A stretch of DNA of 64,000 bases from an uncultured Candidatus Poseidoniales archaeon. GTDB taxonomy: Archaea > Thermoplasmatota > Poseidoniia > Poseidoniales > Thalassarchaeaceae. The notes below the pieces were generated by a model. It worked only from the letters and a program-made list of their open reading frames with translations, did no database searches and was not told the origin of the DNA. The DNA lies in contig CAYNXD010000052.1 in the NCBI GenBank assembly GCA_964401115.1, positions 14 through 64,013 on the forward strand, given 5' to 3'. Below are positions 47,643 through 58,174 of the stretch, one piece after another; positions within the stretch are counted from its first letter, which is position 1; every line of letters starts with the position of its first letter. The translations under genes were made by a program, and so were the position numbers.

Positions 47643-47727
47643 TGGTGCAGGGGGCAGGATTCGAACCTGCGAAGCGCTAAGCAGTGGATCTTGAGCCCAC
47701 CCCCTTTGACCACTCGGGTACCCCTGC
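47643..47727 (-). tRNA. tRNA-Leu(CAA), long variable arm, CCA encoded
   Basis: Reverse complement GCAGGGGTACCCGAGTGGTCAAAGGGG-GTGGG-CTCAAGA-TCCAC...GCAGGTTCGAATCCTGCCCCCTGCACCA. Confidence 0.95.
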
Positions 47728-47755
47728 GATACTATTGGCTATACGCTACCCTTTG

Positions 47756-50700
47756 TCATTCTTCCTCATACAATGACGGTGTTGAAGTAATCACTTCGGG
47801 AGGGGGGCCTGCCCATTCAGGCCAATTATCCAGGCCCCAAGGTGGTGGTGGAGGCGTTTCTTCTATTTCCTCTTCATCATCTTCATCCCAATCCTCCTCA
47901 ACACGTTTTGAAATAGCAATTGCCATCACCATTACTGAAATGATTAAAATCAAAAATCCAAAGGCCATTGGAGTATTTATCGATGATAAAAAGGCCTCAC
48001 CTGTGGTTTGTTCTCGCACTAAACCAACAGGTACACTAGTCAAATTATTAGGATTATTATTTAGTACGATATAAAGTTGTAAATCACCAGCACTCCATGC
48101 CTCTACATTGAATGTGAATAGCGCGTGCTGCTGCGGCAATAATGAGATGTTTGTCTCATTAATAGTGATGTATCGGCCCCCATCGCCACTAGATTGCCAA
48201 GTCCACAAACCTACATTCGTCACACCCATATCATTACCTTCATTGTAAACTCGGCCATTGATAGTAAAAATCGTGTCCAGTGTTGGTTGATATGGATTTA
48301 CAGTCAAATCTGAAATAATAGGGTGGAAATAAATGACCCGCAGTTGTGGCATTCTTGGGTCATCTTCACTACCCACTCCAACGAATGAATGACCTGCTAA
48401 GTCTCTACCCTCTACCCACACTACCAAACTATCCCCGGGACTTAGTAACGTGTGATTAATATCGAAATCTATCCGAGTAGAATATGTCCAAATTCCATCA
48501 ATATTCGTTGCTAACGGTAGTTCGGCAACACCATGCATATCTAGAATTTCTACCCCATGCCTTCGGAAGGACCAATGCAAATTTAATGAATTATGATCCA
48601 TTCCACCAACTTCATGAATTTGAATTGTGACCAATTGCTGCGACATTTGATTAGAATTGATTGAACTCAAAGTAGCATTTGGAAAAGCAACTACTGGTGC
48701 GATGGAATCAATTACTAAATCTAGATTCATTGAACTAATTGGGACCGTCGAAACCCCTCCAGACAGCGTAGCAGTCACTTTTGCAACCCCATCATTCCAA
48801 CGAAACTGTGGAACTTGCGTTGTTGTTGTGAATATATGACCCGCACTGAGTTCTACGTCCCAAATCTCTGGTTCGTTTTGGCTATCATCCATACTAATGG
48901 TAACAACCCATTCCCCATCCAGTGTTACATTTTCTTGATTAGCCATATGAATCAGCCGACCTGAGAAATTGAAGCGGTCATCAGGTTGCAAATAGAGTGT
49001 TTGCTCTACTAAACCAACACCCGGAGGGGTGAGATCAAATGCCTGATCAAGAACTAAACCAGCCCTACCATCTGTTGTCCAAGCAAGATGGTTCAAAGTG
49101 CCACCCCCTAGCTCCAATAATTGACCATGTTCAACAATAGAAATACTCGGTGCTTGTGGAGTCAAATTCCATGATTGAGGGGCATCCGCCCCTATACGAA
49201 ATTGAATTGCCACATTGTACGAACCGCCTGCAAGTTCTGAGATCGTTACTCCAAGTGGAATTATTGGTGATGCTTCATTTACAGCAATTTCACCAGATAA
49301 CGGAGTAATCCAAATATCACCAAGAGGGTCCCCGGTTGCGAGATTTACGGAAATGTTGTCAAGTGAGATGATTCCATTACCATCTGATAATGAGAACGAA
49401 ATTTCATGTGTAGTCCCCACAAGCAGATTATCACCCCACCTATCTATTCGAATAGAGGGTAGTGAGAGTATTGTAGGGAGGTCCGCTTGCGTGGTGATCG
49501 TTGCCATATCATTATCTAAACCGGGTCCACCACCTTGCTCAACCGGATGGCCCGCTAAATCAGTCCCCGTCACATACAGAGATACCCTGCCCATCTCTCC
49601 ATTTCCAATTAAATCGATTGCAGGGAAATCTACTCTTACAGTACCCTGTGCCTTCATAGGAGTAATTTGTCTAGAAATTGAGTATTCCCAATCATCAGCC
49701 TCAGAGTCGCCATCGACATCATCAATCCCTTCCCTCCAAACACGGAGTTCCAATGGCCCTCCAAACGATTCGGTTTCAGTGACTTCTACAGAAATTGGTA
49801 ACAAACGATCTTCTGGCCAAACGTTTCCATCTGCTAATCTAACACCACTAGGGGTATGTACCATCAACGGAGATAGAATTGGTGGATTGGAATCTATCAT
49901 CAAAGTCACTGGCGTTCTATCTTTTGTTTCATCTGTTGCACCATTTAGAGAAACGCCGCTAGGACCTGGCCTAAGTATCCATGATGTTAGGTTAATTTCA
50001 CCACTGTTTTCATTGAGAGTTACTGTTGCATTCCAGTATCCATCTTCGCCACTCAAAGCTGCAACTTGGTAATCAGAAGATGCCCCCTCAATTTGAATTG
50101 TGACCAAGAAATTATCATTTGATGGCCGCATATTTGAATCTTCAAAACGGACCGTGCCCGATACTTTAACCAAAGAACCGGAGGCTATCTCAAATGGATA
50201 AGATGGAGATTGACGAGTAGAAAGAAGACGATTGTCAGCACCCCTGACTTCCCAAGAATCTATCTCCATGTCATTTTCAACCGCTTTGGAAACCGTTCCA
50301 ATTCTGACATTATCAGCAGGTAAATGTTCCCCATTAATCCCCCATGATTCTGCTGAGATATCTATCCAGTCAACATCATCCCAGCCCCATTCAGTTTGTA
50401 ATTCCCACTTAATTCGCCAGCCATTATCAATTTGCATAACTGAACTAGCTGTAGAATTTATTGAGATTTGGCCACCACCCCCATATTGGTAGAATACCCC
50501 CCCAGAATCTAGATTTTCTGCTTCAAAGGTGATCAAGAAACCTTCTTGGGTTAGGAGTGAAAGATTTGCGCGCACAAGTTCATCTGCTGAAAACAAATGT
50601 GTGTGCTCTGTAGTTATGATTGTCTTCCTATCAGGTAACCAAGTCTGGGGAACTGATACGACTTCATTGACGATTAGTGGTTCGTGCTCTACACCGCCCC

Positions 50701-53700
50701 ACAAAGAGACACCACCTGCTTCAGCAGTCACCGTTACCGGGATTTCATGCATACCATTTACTGCTGATGTAGAATTCATTGACGAAGAAATTGTTTGGCC
50801 GAGATTAGATATGTTCTCCTTCAAAATATAATTGATTCCGTAAATTATAATCTGTGTTGGGCCAGTTGAATCTAAGGAAATTGGAACTTGTTTCCAATCT
50901 CTTGAATCATTAGGCCATTGATTGGCAGCCAAATTGTTGATTGATTGAATTACTCCTGAATTAAGAGGGACCATTAATCCAATATCATTGGGTAACGTTT
51001 GTTGATTCAGAAGTAATGAACCACCAATTGAAAGGTTTAGAATCACAGATTGTTGATTGGTTTGAACCCCAACCAGACCCCCTGTAACAATTGCCCCCTC
51101 TGGAATTAGAAGGTGCGCGGGGTTCTGATTATTAGATTGGATATCTACTGTTGCCGCCCTTGAATTGGAATTCATCAGAGAATCCTGCCAACCTAGTTGG
51201 CCACGCCCATCATTTCCTTCAGAAAATGCCCATTCTATTGAGCCATCATTTCCAACATCAACAGAGACATTCAGCCCTGGTTGTAATAATCTCCCTTTGA
51301 CTTGGAGTGACTGTAGCCATGCTCCTGGTTGCAAGTTAATCTGAATTCTGTATGCAGTTAGTGGAGTGTTTCTCTGCACTGTTACGTTGCTCAATGCTCC
51401 ACTGTAAAATGGGACATCCCTCTCGTCTAGAAGTGTAACGATGGTTCCCAAACCGTAACCAGAGATATCGAAGGAACGTATTGGATTGTTGCCATAAATA
51501 AGTGGCCCTAAAATTGAACTTGTGGATAAACTAGGGTTCGTCAAATTACCAGATGATTTATTCAACTCTAATGATGGAGATACCGTCCAACCGTTAGTTG
51601 CATCTCTAGCTGAAAAAATGCCAACTGCACCAAGATATAATCCGTGAATCGTGGGTGTTAGTTGAGGGATGTCTGTGCCCATTTCTAATTTTATTCTCAT
51701 CTTAGAATCAAGCGCACCCGGTAATGGAATTACAGGGAAGCTTAGATTTTCCATCCCTGGTGCAACGGAACCATTTTCGTACAACAAAGTACAACGTATC
51801 CATGTCCCGTTTGGAACTGTTGCATCTACGTCGATTGCCCCCATACTACCCCTATTCGTGTCAATTGGATCGGATATCCAAGTACCATGCTCTTCAAACC
51901 AATCAACATAGAGACCTACGTCATCAAGATACCAACCGTCTGATTCCAAGAACTGATCTGTAAAGAATGAAAATCTAAGGCGAATACCTTGACCACTAAA
52001 TTGGGTTACATCTGCTTGTTTGGTTTCCCATGATTTGTTAACACCCGTACCTCTTTGACCATTACATGTGGGTACTGAATTGCTGCCATCAAAAGCCCAT
52101 AAATTGTATATCTCTGAGTATGGATTCATGGTTTGCCTAGAATCATAGAAATTTGGTTCATTAGCACCGTAAGGAATCCAATTGCGTCCGTCATCATTGG
52201 AAATGTACAGCACCCCCCCATCCCAATACTGCTCAGCACAAACAAATTGTTTGAAGGAAATTCTAGCATGACTATTTGCAGGAACGTTAAATGTTGGAGA
52301 GATTAGATGTGTCCAAGTGTCTGGACGATACAATCCCCCGAATTCAATTCCAGCATAATGCGAACCGTTCGCAGGAGCATCTGGGCCGTAATTCCATGTG
52401 TTATTATGTGAGCGGAATTCCCAACCTTCTCCCCTAATAGTATCTATTCTCCACCCTTCTGGTAAAAGTGGGGCATCTTCAAATGAATCTACTTGAAAAC
52501 TCGGTCCATTGATTCCGTAAAAAGGTAAATATTGCCACTCGTCATATCCATTCCCAATACTTCCATGGTATGCATTGCCATCATTAATATCTGAGAAATT
52601 TAGGTTTAGGTGAGTTGTCTGATTACCAGCTGTTCCAGAAGTCACGATTACATCATCTATGAACAACCCTTCAGGTGGGTTCATCGTTAATCCGCCATAA
52701 CCAGTTCCGGGAAAATTGTCGGTCTCAATATTTACCCTCAAGAATACTGATGAGTTCCCTGCTAGTGTTTGAGGAAGTGGATGAGAGAGGTGTCTCCAAC
52801 CATTTGAATCATCTACATATCTCACCCCACCGATAACAACTCCGAATCCAGGCATATCTGCAGAGAATGAATTCCAAGTGAAATTATTGATAGACCATTC
52901 CCATCGGAAATTGTCATAAATGTCCCCTTCCATGTCAAAATCTGCAGCATAATCTAACATTATTGGACCACTTGCATTTGAAAGATTAACTTCGAATGAA
53001 AGAAATGAAGAGGAGCCATCAAAATAAGGGCCGGTCAAATTACCATGAAACCATGCACCTGCATCAGCACCAGAATTTGTTAGATTTAGATTATCTATAA
53101 ACCAACCAGGGCGCTGTACCGTTGAGTTCAAATCAGTCCAAGCAACAAAACGGAAGCGAACTGTACTAGCATTTGCAATTCCTGGATAATTGTCGAGATG
53201 GAAAACTGCCTGTTGCCAGCCTGTTGCATTGGGTGAAGCCCACACTTCAAAATTTGAGCCCCCACTGCCATTGGGTGATGGGGCCGCTGAATTTATTCGA
53301 TTGTTGTATCCTCCTTCTGGAGTGATGTAACTCCATGATTGGCCTCCATCAGTACTCATCTCAACCCAAACCCCATCAGCATTACCTGAACCAATTGAAG
53401 GAGTATACATGTGATGCCAATGTGAAAATGTTAGATTGAAACCGTTAATGACTGGTGGAACGTAAAAATCTGGTGAATCTATCCAAGTGTGGACTCCATT
53501 GGGCAATGACTGATCTGCCATTGTGGCAATTATGTAGCGGCCGGTTACAGCACCAATAGGGATTAAACCCCCGCTAGATTCTCTTGCAGAACCATTCAAT
53601 TGACCAGGGATTCCGAGCATATCACTTACTTCCCAGACCCCTGGCGTACCCCCTGTGGTCCAATCTTGCAAAGTACGTGTTAGAGATTCAAAATCATTGA

Positions 53701-54058
53701 TTCTACCTACTGAATGATTCGAATCTAAACTCAATGCACCATCAAAAAATTCAGTTGTTGTAGAATTCCATAAACCCCAACTAAAATTCAGTTTGCCTTG
53801 TGCCCCTTCTTCCCAAACAATACCAGTACCTAAATCTGAATTACTTGCTTCACCAACTTCAAGCCAAGCATCCAAAATTGTTTCACCCTCTGGTATTGAA
53901 AAACCTGTTATTGTAGTATTCCCCCCATTACCACCCAGGTCTGCTACGATTGGCCCTGACCAATTAGATAGAGTAGATGAAGCAAAAGGTGTCATAGGTG
54001 TTAGAATGAAAATTAAGACGATGAAAAATGAGCGCCTCGACATCGAATTACGCAACAT
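47756..54058 (-). CDS. Giant (~2100 aa) surface protein: repeated jelly-roll (MAM/cleaved-adhesin-like) domains, Ig-like/CARDB-like region, C-terminal TM, acidic Pro/Trp tail
   Basis: Leader RRSFFIVLIFILTPM; repeats ending GWFIDNL, GLFIDDV, GWYLDDV with STDGG/SNDDG Asp-box-like turns; many N-x-S/T; C-terminal TM; ATG 54058 preferred. Confidence 0.8.
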   Translation of the reverse strand: MLRNSMSRRSFFIVLIFILTPMTPFASSTLSNWSGPIVADLGGNGGNTTITGFSIPEGETILDAWLEVGEASNSDLGTGIVWEEGAQGKLNFSWGLWNSTTTEFFDGALSLDSNHSVGRINDFESLTRTLQDWTTGGTPGVWEVSDMLGIPGQLNGSARESSGGLIPIGAVTGRYIIATMADQSLPNGVHTWIDSPDFYVPPVINGFNLTFSHWHHMYTPSIGSGNADGVWVEMSTDGGQSWSYITPEGGYNNRINSAAPSPNGSGGSNFEVWASPNATGWQQAVFHLDNYPGIANASTVRFRFVAWTDLNSTVQRPGWFIDNLNLTNSGADAGAWFHGNLTGPYFDGSSSFLSFEVNLSNASGPIMLDYAADFDMEGDIYDNFRWEWSINNFTWNSFSADMPGFGVVIGGVRYVDDSNGWRHLSHPLPQTLAGNSSVFLRVNIETDNFPGTGYGGLTMNPPEGLFIDDVIVTSGTAGNQTTHLNLNFSDINDGNAYHGSIGNGYDEWQYLPFYGINGPSFQVDSFEDAPLLPEGWRIDTIRGEGWEFRSHNNTWNYGPDAPANGSHYAGIEFGGLYRPDTWTHLISPTFNVPANSHARISFKQFVCAEQYWDGGVLYISNDDGRNWIPYGANEPNFYDSRQTMNPYSEIYNLWAFDGSNSVPTCNGQRGTGVNKSWETKQADVTQFSGQGIRLRFSFFTDQFLESDGWYLDDVGLYVDWFEEHGTWISDPIDTNRGSMGAIDVDATVPNGTWIRCTLLYENGSVAPGMENLSFPVIPLPGALDSKMRIKLEMGTDIPQLTPTIHGLYLGAVGIFSARDATNGWTVSPSLELNKSSGNLTNPSLSTSSILGPLIYGNNPIRSFDISGYGLGTIVTLLDERDVPFYSGALSNVTVQRNTPLTAYRIQINLQPGAWLQSLQVKGRLLQPGLNVSVDVGNDGSIEWAFSEGNDGRGQLGWQDSLMNSNSRAATVDIQSNNQNPAHLLIPEGAIVTGGLVGVQTNQQSVILNLSIGGSLLLNQQTLPNDIGLMVPLNSGVIQSINNLAANQWPNDSRDWKQVPISLDSTGPTQIIIYGINYILKENISNLGQTISSSMNSTSAVNGMHEIPVTVTAEAGGVSLWGGVEHEPLIVNEVVSVPQTWLPDRKTIITTEHTHLFSADELVRANLSLLTQEGFLITFEAENLDSGGVFYQYGGGGQISINSTASSVMQIDNGWRIKWELQTEWGWDDVDWIDISAESWGINGEHLPADNVRIGTVSKAVENDMEIDSWEVRGADNRLLSTRQSPSYPFEIASGSLVKVSGTVRFEDSNMRPSNDNFLVTIQIEGASSDYQVAALSGEDGYWNATVTLNENSGEINLTSWILRPGPSGVSLNGATDETKDRTPVTLMIDSNPPILSPLMVHTPSGVRLADGNVWPEDRLLPISVEVTETESFGGPLELRVWREGIDDVDGDSEADDWEYSISRQITPMKAQGTVRVDFPAIDLIGNGEMGRVSLYVTGTDLAGHPVEQGGGPGLDNDMATITTQADLPTILSLPSIRIDRWGDNLLVGTTHEISFSLSDGNGIISLDNISVNLATGDPLGDIWITPLSGEIAVNEASPIIPLGVTISELAGGSYNVAIQFRIGADAPQSWNLTPQAPSISIVEHGQLLELGGGTLNHLAWTTDGRAGLVLDQAFDLTPPGVGLVEQTLYLQPDDRFNFSGRLIHMANQENVTLDGEWVVTISMDDSQNEPEIWDVELSAGHIFTTTTQVPQFRWNDGVAKVTATLSGGVSTVPISSMNLDLVIDSIAPVVAFPNATLSSINSNQMSQQLVTIQIHEVGGMDHNSLNLHWSFRRHGVEILDMHGVAELPLATNIDGIWTYSTRIDFDINHTLLSPGDSLVVWVEGRDLAGHSFVGVGSEDDPRMPQLRVIYFHPIISDLTVNPYQPTLDTIFTINGRVYNEGNDMGVTNVGLWTWQSSGDGGRYITINETNISLLPQQHALFTFNVEAWSAGDLQLYIVLNNNPNNLTSVPVGLVREQTTGEAFLSSINTPMAFGFLILIISVMVMAIAISKRVEEDWDEDDEEEIEETPPPPPWGLDNWPEWAGPPPEVITSTPSLYEEE

Positions 54059-54199
54059 AGGTCTGCCTCCGCACAATCCTGTGTGCCCTTTCTTGGTTTG
54101 AATGCTATCCAACAACGGGCGAACTATTCGTCATAAACAAAGAATCGAAGTGAAGCATTCTTAGGATGTCCATTAGCAGGGGGGTTCCGGGCGACCTAA

Positions 54200-55126
54200 A
54201 TGGAGAGTGAGGCGGGTGATATCACGCGGGTTAGTGCTGCACAATTGCAAGCCATTGAAAACCAACTTTTCAGTTTAGTTAGGCAACAAGCAAAGCGCAA
54301 TCACCCAATTGAATTGCCACGCCCAGACTTTTGGACTCAAGTCTCAGTCCTACTTACCAGCATAGATACTGAACTTGCTGAAATTGGGAAAAATGAAGGT
54401 TGGAGTGTTAAGGCGGTCAATCTAAGCAGAAGACAAGGAAATGTCAGAAGAGCTGTTGCAGATCTCACACAACATCGACTAACATCATTTGTTAGGCACG
54501 CTTCAGCAGATAATCTGACTTTGGCACCTCTAGGTGATGCTCTAGGTGAAACAAAAAAGAATCTTGCACCACTTGATTGGCAGAGACATGATGTCTCGGA
54601 AAGAGCTTTTTACGAAGGATTGAATGAATTGATTGAGAAATATAAGCACCAAGTTTCATGGAATGTATTGCAGCAAGGACTTCTTGCAGAAGTAGAGAAT
54701 ACTCCTACAGTTAAGCCAGGAACTACTCAATTGGACTCATTTGTGGAACAAGATGGGGGTCTAACTGGACAAGGGCCACCTAAAATTAAGGTTGAAGAAT
54801 CCGAGAAGCCCCCGTATGACGATCCTGATGAAGATGAAGAAGATAGGATTGCTAGAATGAGCGCCTACCCTACATCAGGAATGTTGGCAAATGATCTTCC
54901 TTCCAATTCAGCGAGTGAAAGTACAACTACTTCTAGTGAAGAAAATGATGAACAAACTCAGAACAAGGATTTGATTCGAATCAAAATATTACAAGATCTC
55001 CCTGAGCCAATTATTGATGCTGAAGGAAATGAATTGGAATTGATGTCAGGAGATATTGAATTCTGCGATTCAGACTATGCTTCTGGACTAATTGCTGCAG
55101 GATTAGCAGAAAAGGCAAGCCTCTGA
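54200..55126 (+). CDS. GINS complex subunit (Gins51-type, A domain-linker-B domain)
   Basis: C-terminal IRIKILQDLPEPIIDAEGNELELMSGDI...ASGLIAAGLAE resembles the GINS B domain; helical N-terminus; long acidic linker. Confidence 0.7.
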   Translation: MESEAGDITRVSAAQLQAIENQLFSLVRQQAKRNHPIELPRPDFWTQVSVLLTSIDTELAEIGKNEGWSVKAVNLSRRQGNVRRAVADLTQHRLTSFVRHASADNLTLAPLGDALGETKKNLAPLDWQRHDVSERAFYEGLNELIEKYKHQVSWNVLQQGLLAEVENTPTVKPGTTQLDSFVEQDGGLTGQGPPKIKVEESEKPPYDDPDEDEEDRIARMSAYPTSGMLANDLPSNSASESTTTSSEENDEQTQNKDLIRIKILQDLPEPIIDAEGNELELMSGDIEFCDSDYASGLIAAGLAEKASL

Positions 55127-55156
55127 TTGAAAACAATCAATCATTAAGATTTGATT

Positions 55157-55489
55157 CTAAGTTACATTTCGTAATGTAATTTCAATCGTTACTGTATCAG
55201 GTATTTCCAACCCATGTACGACTCTTTGTAGCACAGCTTCGTCCTTAGCAGAATTAATCTCCAACTCAATTAGGCGCTTGTGTACTCTCATCTCCCAGTG
55301 GTCCCAAGTTTCACAACCCTCACCATCTGGACTTTTTCGGCACGGAACTACAAGACGTCGTGTAGGTAGAGGGATTGGACCCCTCATCGATACACCAGTC
55401 TGTTCTGAAATATTCTTAATTCCACTACAGAGTGAGTCAACATGCTCGTGATTTAGCCCTGTGACTTTGATAGCAGTGATGCTTGCCAT
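55157..55489 (-). CDS. rps10: 30S ribosomal protein uS10
   Basis: GPIPLPTRRL, RKSPDGEG, WEMRVHKRLI; directly downstream of tuf. Confidence 0.96.
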   Translation of the reverse strand: MASITAIKVTGLNHEHVDSLCSGIKNISEQTGVSMRGPIPLPTRRLVVPCRKSPDGEGCETWDHWEMRVHKRLIELEINSAKDEAVLQRVVHGLEIPDTVTIEITLRNVT

Positions 55490-55530
55490 GAGGATACCCA
55501 ACCTGAATTGTTATCCTTTGCTATTTGCAA

Positions 55531-56820
55531 TCACTTCTTCTCAATCTTCATGCACACGCCGGCGGCCACGGTCTTACCCATGTCACGGATAGCGAATCGA
55601 GATAGTTCAGGGAACGTATCTGCCTGCTCAATCGCCATTGGCTTAGTTGGTGCAAAGCGAACTAGACATGCATCTCCGGTTACTAGGAAGTCAGGGTTAG
55701 CTGTCTTCTCACCTTTGGCTGTCTTCTCTAGCAACTCAGCAAAACGAACTGCAACTTGAGCTGTATGTGCGTGGAATACTGGTGTGTATCCAGCACCAAT
55801 CGCCTTTGGAATATCCATCAATTGAATTTGACCAATGAAGGTCTCGTCGTGACGAACATACATTGGAGGGTTGTCGGTGTAACCGGCAACGGCACCACGG
55901 CGAATATCAGTAGCTGATAGCCCACGAACGTTGAATCCAACGTTGTCACCTGGCTCTGCACGATCTACAACAGTGTGGTGCATCTCGATTGACTTAACTT
56001 CAGCAGACTCCTCGCTCGGATTGAACTGAACTGTCTTTCCTGAGTGTAGAATTCCAGTCTCAACCTTACCGACTGGAACTGTACCAATTCCGCCAATCTT
56101 GTATACGTCCTGAATAGGCAATCGTAGTGGTTTATCAACTGGCTTTGGAGGCATCTGAACTGCATCAATTGCTTCAAAGAGGGTCTTTCCACTATACCAA
56201 GACATGTTTTCAGTCTTGTTGAAGATGTTGTCTCCAGCAAGAGAACTGCCTGCAATGAAGGTAACCTTTGAAGGGTCAAATCCTGCCATCTTAAGCAAGT
56301 TACTTACTTCCTCAACAACCTCGTTGTAGCGCTTTTCTGAGTAATCTACACCAGAAATATCCATCTTATTGACATTAACGATTAGTTCCTTAACACCCAA
56401 TACACGAGCTAGGAAAGTGTGCTCCTTAGTCTGAGCATTTACACCATCGTTAGCTGCGACACAAAGAACTGCTGCGTCTGCTTGGCTAGTACCTGTAATC
56501 ATGTTCTTGACGAAATCTCGGTGACCTGGCGCATCAATGACGGTGAAGTAATAGTTAGGAGTGTAGAACTCCTTGTGAGCAACATCGATAGTAATTCCAC
56601 GTTCTCTCTCTTCCTTCAATCCATCCATTACGTAGGCGAATCCGAATCCTGCCTTTCCTCTCTCAGCTGCTTCCTTCTCGAACTTCTCAATTACGTGAGG
56701 TTCGATGTGTCCGCTGTCTAGCATTAAACGACCTACTGTGGTCGATTTGCCGTGGTCTACGTGACCTACGAACACGATATTCAGGTGCGGCTTACTCTTA
56801 TCTTCCCATTGTGAACTCAT
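55531..56820 (-). CDS. tuf: Elongation factor aEF-1alpha
   Basis: GHVDHGKST, ERERGITID, DAPGHRDF, NKMD, RFAIRDMGKT; ATG 56820 follows AAGGAGTG. Confidence 0.97.
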   Translation of the reverse strand: MSSQWEDKSKPHLNIVFVGHVDHGKSTTVGRLMLDSGHIEPHVIEKFEKEAAERGKAGFGFAYVMDGLKEERERGITIDVAHKEFYTPNYYFTVIDAPGHRDFVKNMITGTSQADAAVLCVAANDGVNAQTKEHTFLARVLGVKELIVNVNKMDISGVDYSEKRYNEVVEEVSNLLKMAGFDPSKVTFIAGSSLAGDNIFNKTENMSWYSGKTLFEAIDAVQMPPKPVDKPLRLPIQDVYKIGGIGTVPVGKVETGILHSGKTVQFNPSEESAEVKSIEMHHTVVDRAEPGDNVGFNVRGLSATDIRRGAVAGYTDNPPMYVRHDETFIGQIQLMDIPKAIGAGYTPVFHAHTAQVAVRFAELLEKTAKGEKTANPDFLVTGDACLVRFAPTKPMAIEQADTFPELSRFAIRDMGKTVAAGVCMKIEKK

Positions 56821-56932
56821 GGTTATACACTCCTTTGAGTGACTCGGCGAACGACCCCCCCTATTTGAACTACACGCCACCTAACGACCGTAAAAAGAGG
56901 TGTGAAAACGCATAACTGAAAGCCAAATCGCC

Positions 56933-58093
56933 TCATTTATACTTGAGTACAATCTGTAATTCAAGTATTTCTGCGTTGTGTTGTTCAGTATTGAAAACCT
57001 GTACCATCCATTGGCCATCCAAATAGGTGCGGAAATCCCCTGTGCCTGAAGTCATTGTAACACAGTAGTTGTCATCTGAACAATCTGAGTCGGTTTGTTG
57101 CTCATCTGAATTAGCACTGCTGTTACGTACCTCCTCGTCAGTTTGATTGTAGAAATATAGATCCATCCTGTTATCAAGTGGAATACCAAACCCAGCACCG
57201 GGGTCCTCTTTAGGATAGACAAGCCTCGCTTTGAATTGGTTCAACTTGAGCGAATTATCGAGATCATAAATTAGCGGTGCAGTGAATTCTTCCCGGGGAT
57301 TGTCTGCTGAATTATTGCGACCAATCTCAATATCACTCCATTTTGCTCGAGCGTTTACATACACCCATGTATCCTCAGAAGATGTTAATCCTTGATCATC
57401 AGTTACAGTCAATTGAATCTTCCATTCACCAGGAGATACATCCCATTGGTAAGTCTCCCCAGTTGCATCAACATCGTTTGTCTTGTCACCGTCACCATCT
57501 TCGTCTACGTTGATATTTAGATCCCATTTCCAACTGACTATCCAAGATTCTGCGCTTCCTGATTCGCTCTCGGTAGCATCTAGTGAAACAGTAGTTGATG
57601 GGTCCCAATCTCTTTCAGATTCATCCATCGCATCATCACAAATCCAAACGAGAATGTAAGTCCCTGAAGCTGGTGGCGGGTTGTCATCACAATCATCAGC
57701 CTTAGACGTGGCTATGGCCGCTGTAGGCTCTGCAGCATCTTCTGAAAATATCTTCAGAGTCTGTTCTTTTTTGGTCTCAAACTCGCCATCTGATACTGAA
57801 AGAACTACTGTGAAATCACCATCAGTATTGTATGTGTGTGAAGTTGTAAGTCCCGAGGCAGTGTTGGTATCTCCGAAATTCCAAGAATAGGTTAGAGAAT
57901 CACCTTCTGCGTCCGATGAACCTGTCGCATCAAAGTGAAGCAACATACCTACTTTGAGAGTGCCACTTTCCTGTATTGAAAAGGTCGCAGTAGGTGCAGA
58001 ATTTGAGTTAAATGTCTCTAGGCAGCCTGGTGAAATTAGCACGAAAACAAGTAGCATCACAAGAGCCGAGGGGCGCGTAATCAGTCTCTTCAT
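56933..58093 (-). CDS. PKD-domain lipoprotein
   Basis: Lipobox-like LISPGC; PKD motif FDATGSSDAEGDSLTYSWNFGD; second PKD-like repeat WKWDL...LTVTDDQG. Confidence 0.85.
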   Translation of the reverse strand: MKRLITRPSALVMLLVFVLISPGCLETFNSNSAPTATFSIQESGTLKVGMLLHFDATGSSDAEGDSLTYSWNFGDTNTASGLTTSHTYNTDGDFTVVLSVSDGEFETKKEQTLKIFSEDAAEPTAAIATSKADDCDDNPPPASGTYILVWICDDAMDESERDWDPSTTVSLDATESESGSAESWIVSWKWDLNINVDEDGDGDKTNDVDATGETYQWDVSPGEWKIQLTVTDDQGLTSSEDTWVYVNARAKWSDIEIGRNNSADNPREEFTAPLIYDLDNSLKLNQFKARLVYPKEDPGAGFGIPLDNRMDLYFYNQTDEEVRNSSANSDEQQTDSDCSDDNYCVTMTSGTGDFRTYLDGQWMVQVFNTEQHNAEILELQIVLKYK

Positions 58094-58174
58094 GTCCTAC
58101 GACCACACATCGGTCTGTCATCAACCATTCGGCTAATTGGAAGGAAAGAATTGGTTTCTTTCGCCCGAAAATTA

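Noticed and set aside
31306..47727. Integrated element or genomic island at tRNA-Ile or tRNA-Leu (ParA as a plasmid/provirus marker)
   Set aside because: No integrase, no duplicated tRNA 3' end noticed, and core translation genes are interspersed.
49215..50072. 285-aa plus-strand ORF
   Set aside because: Antisense shadow of the giant surface protein; Ser/Pro-rich artefact.
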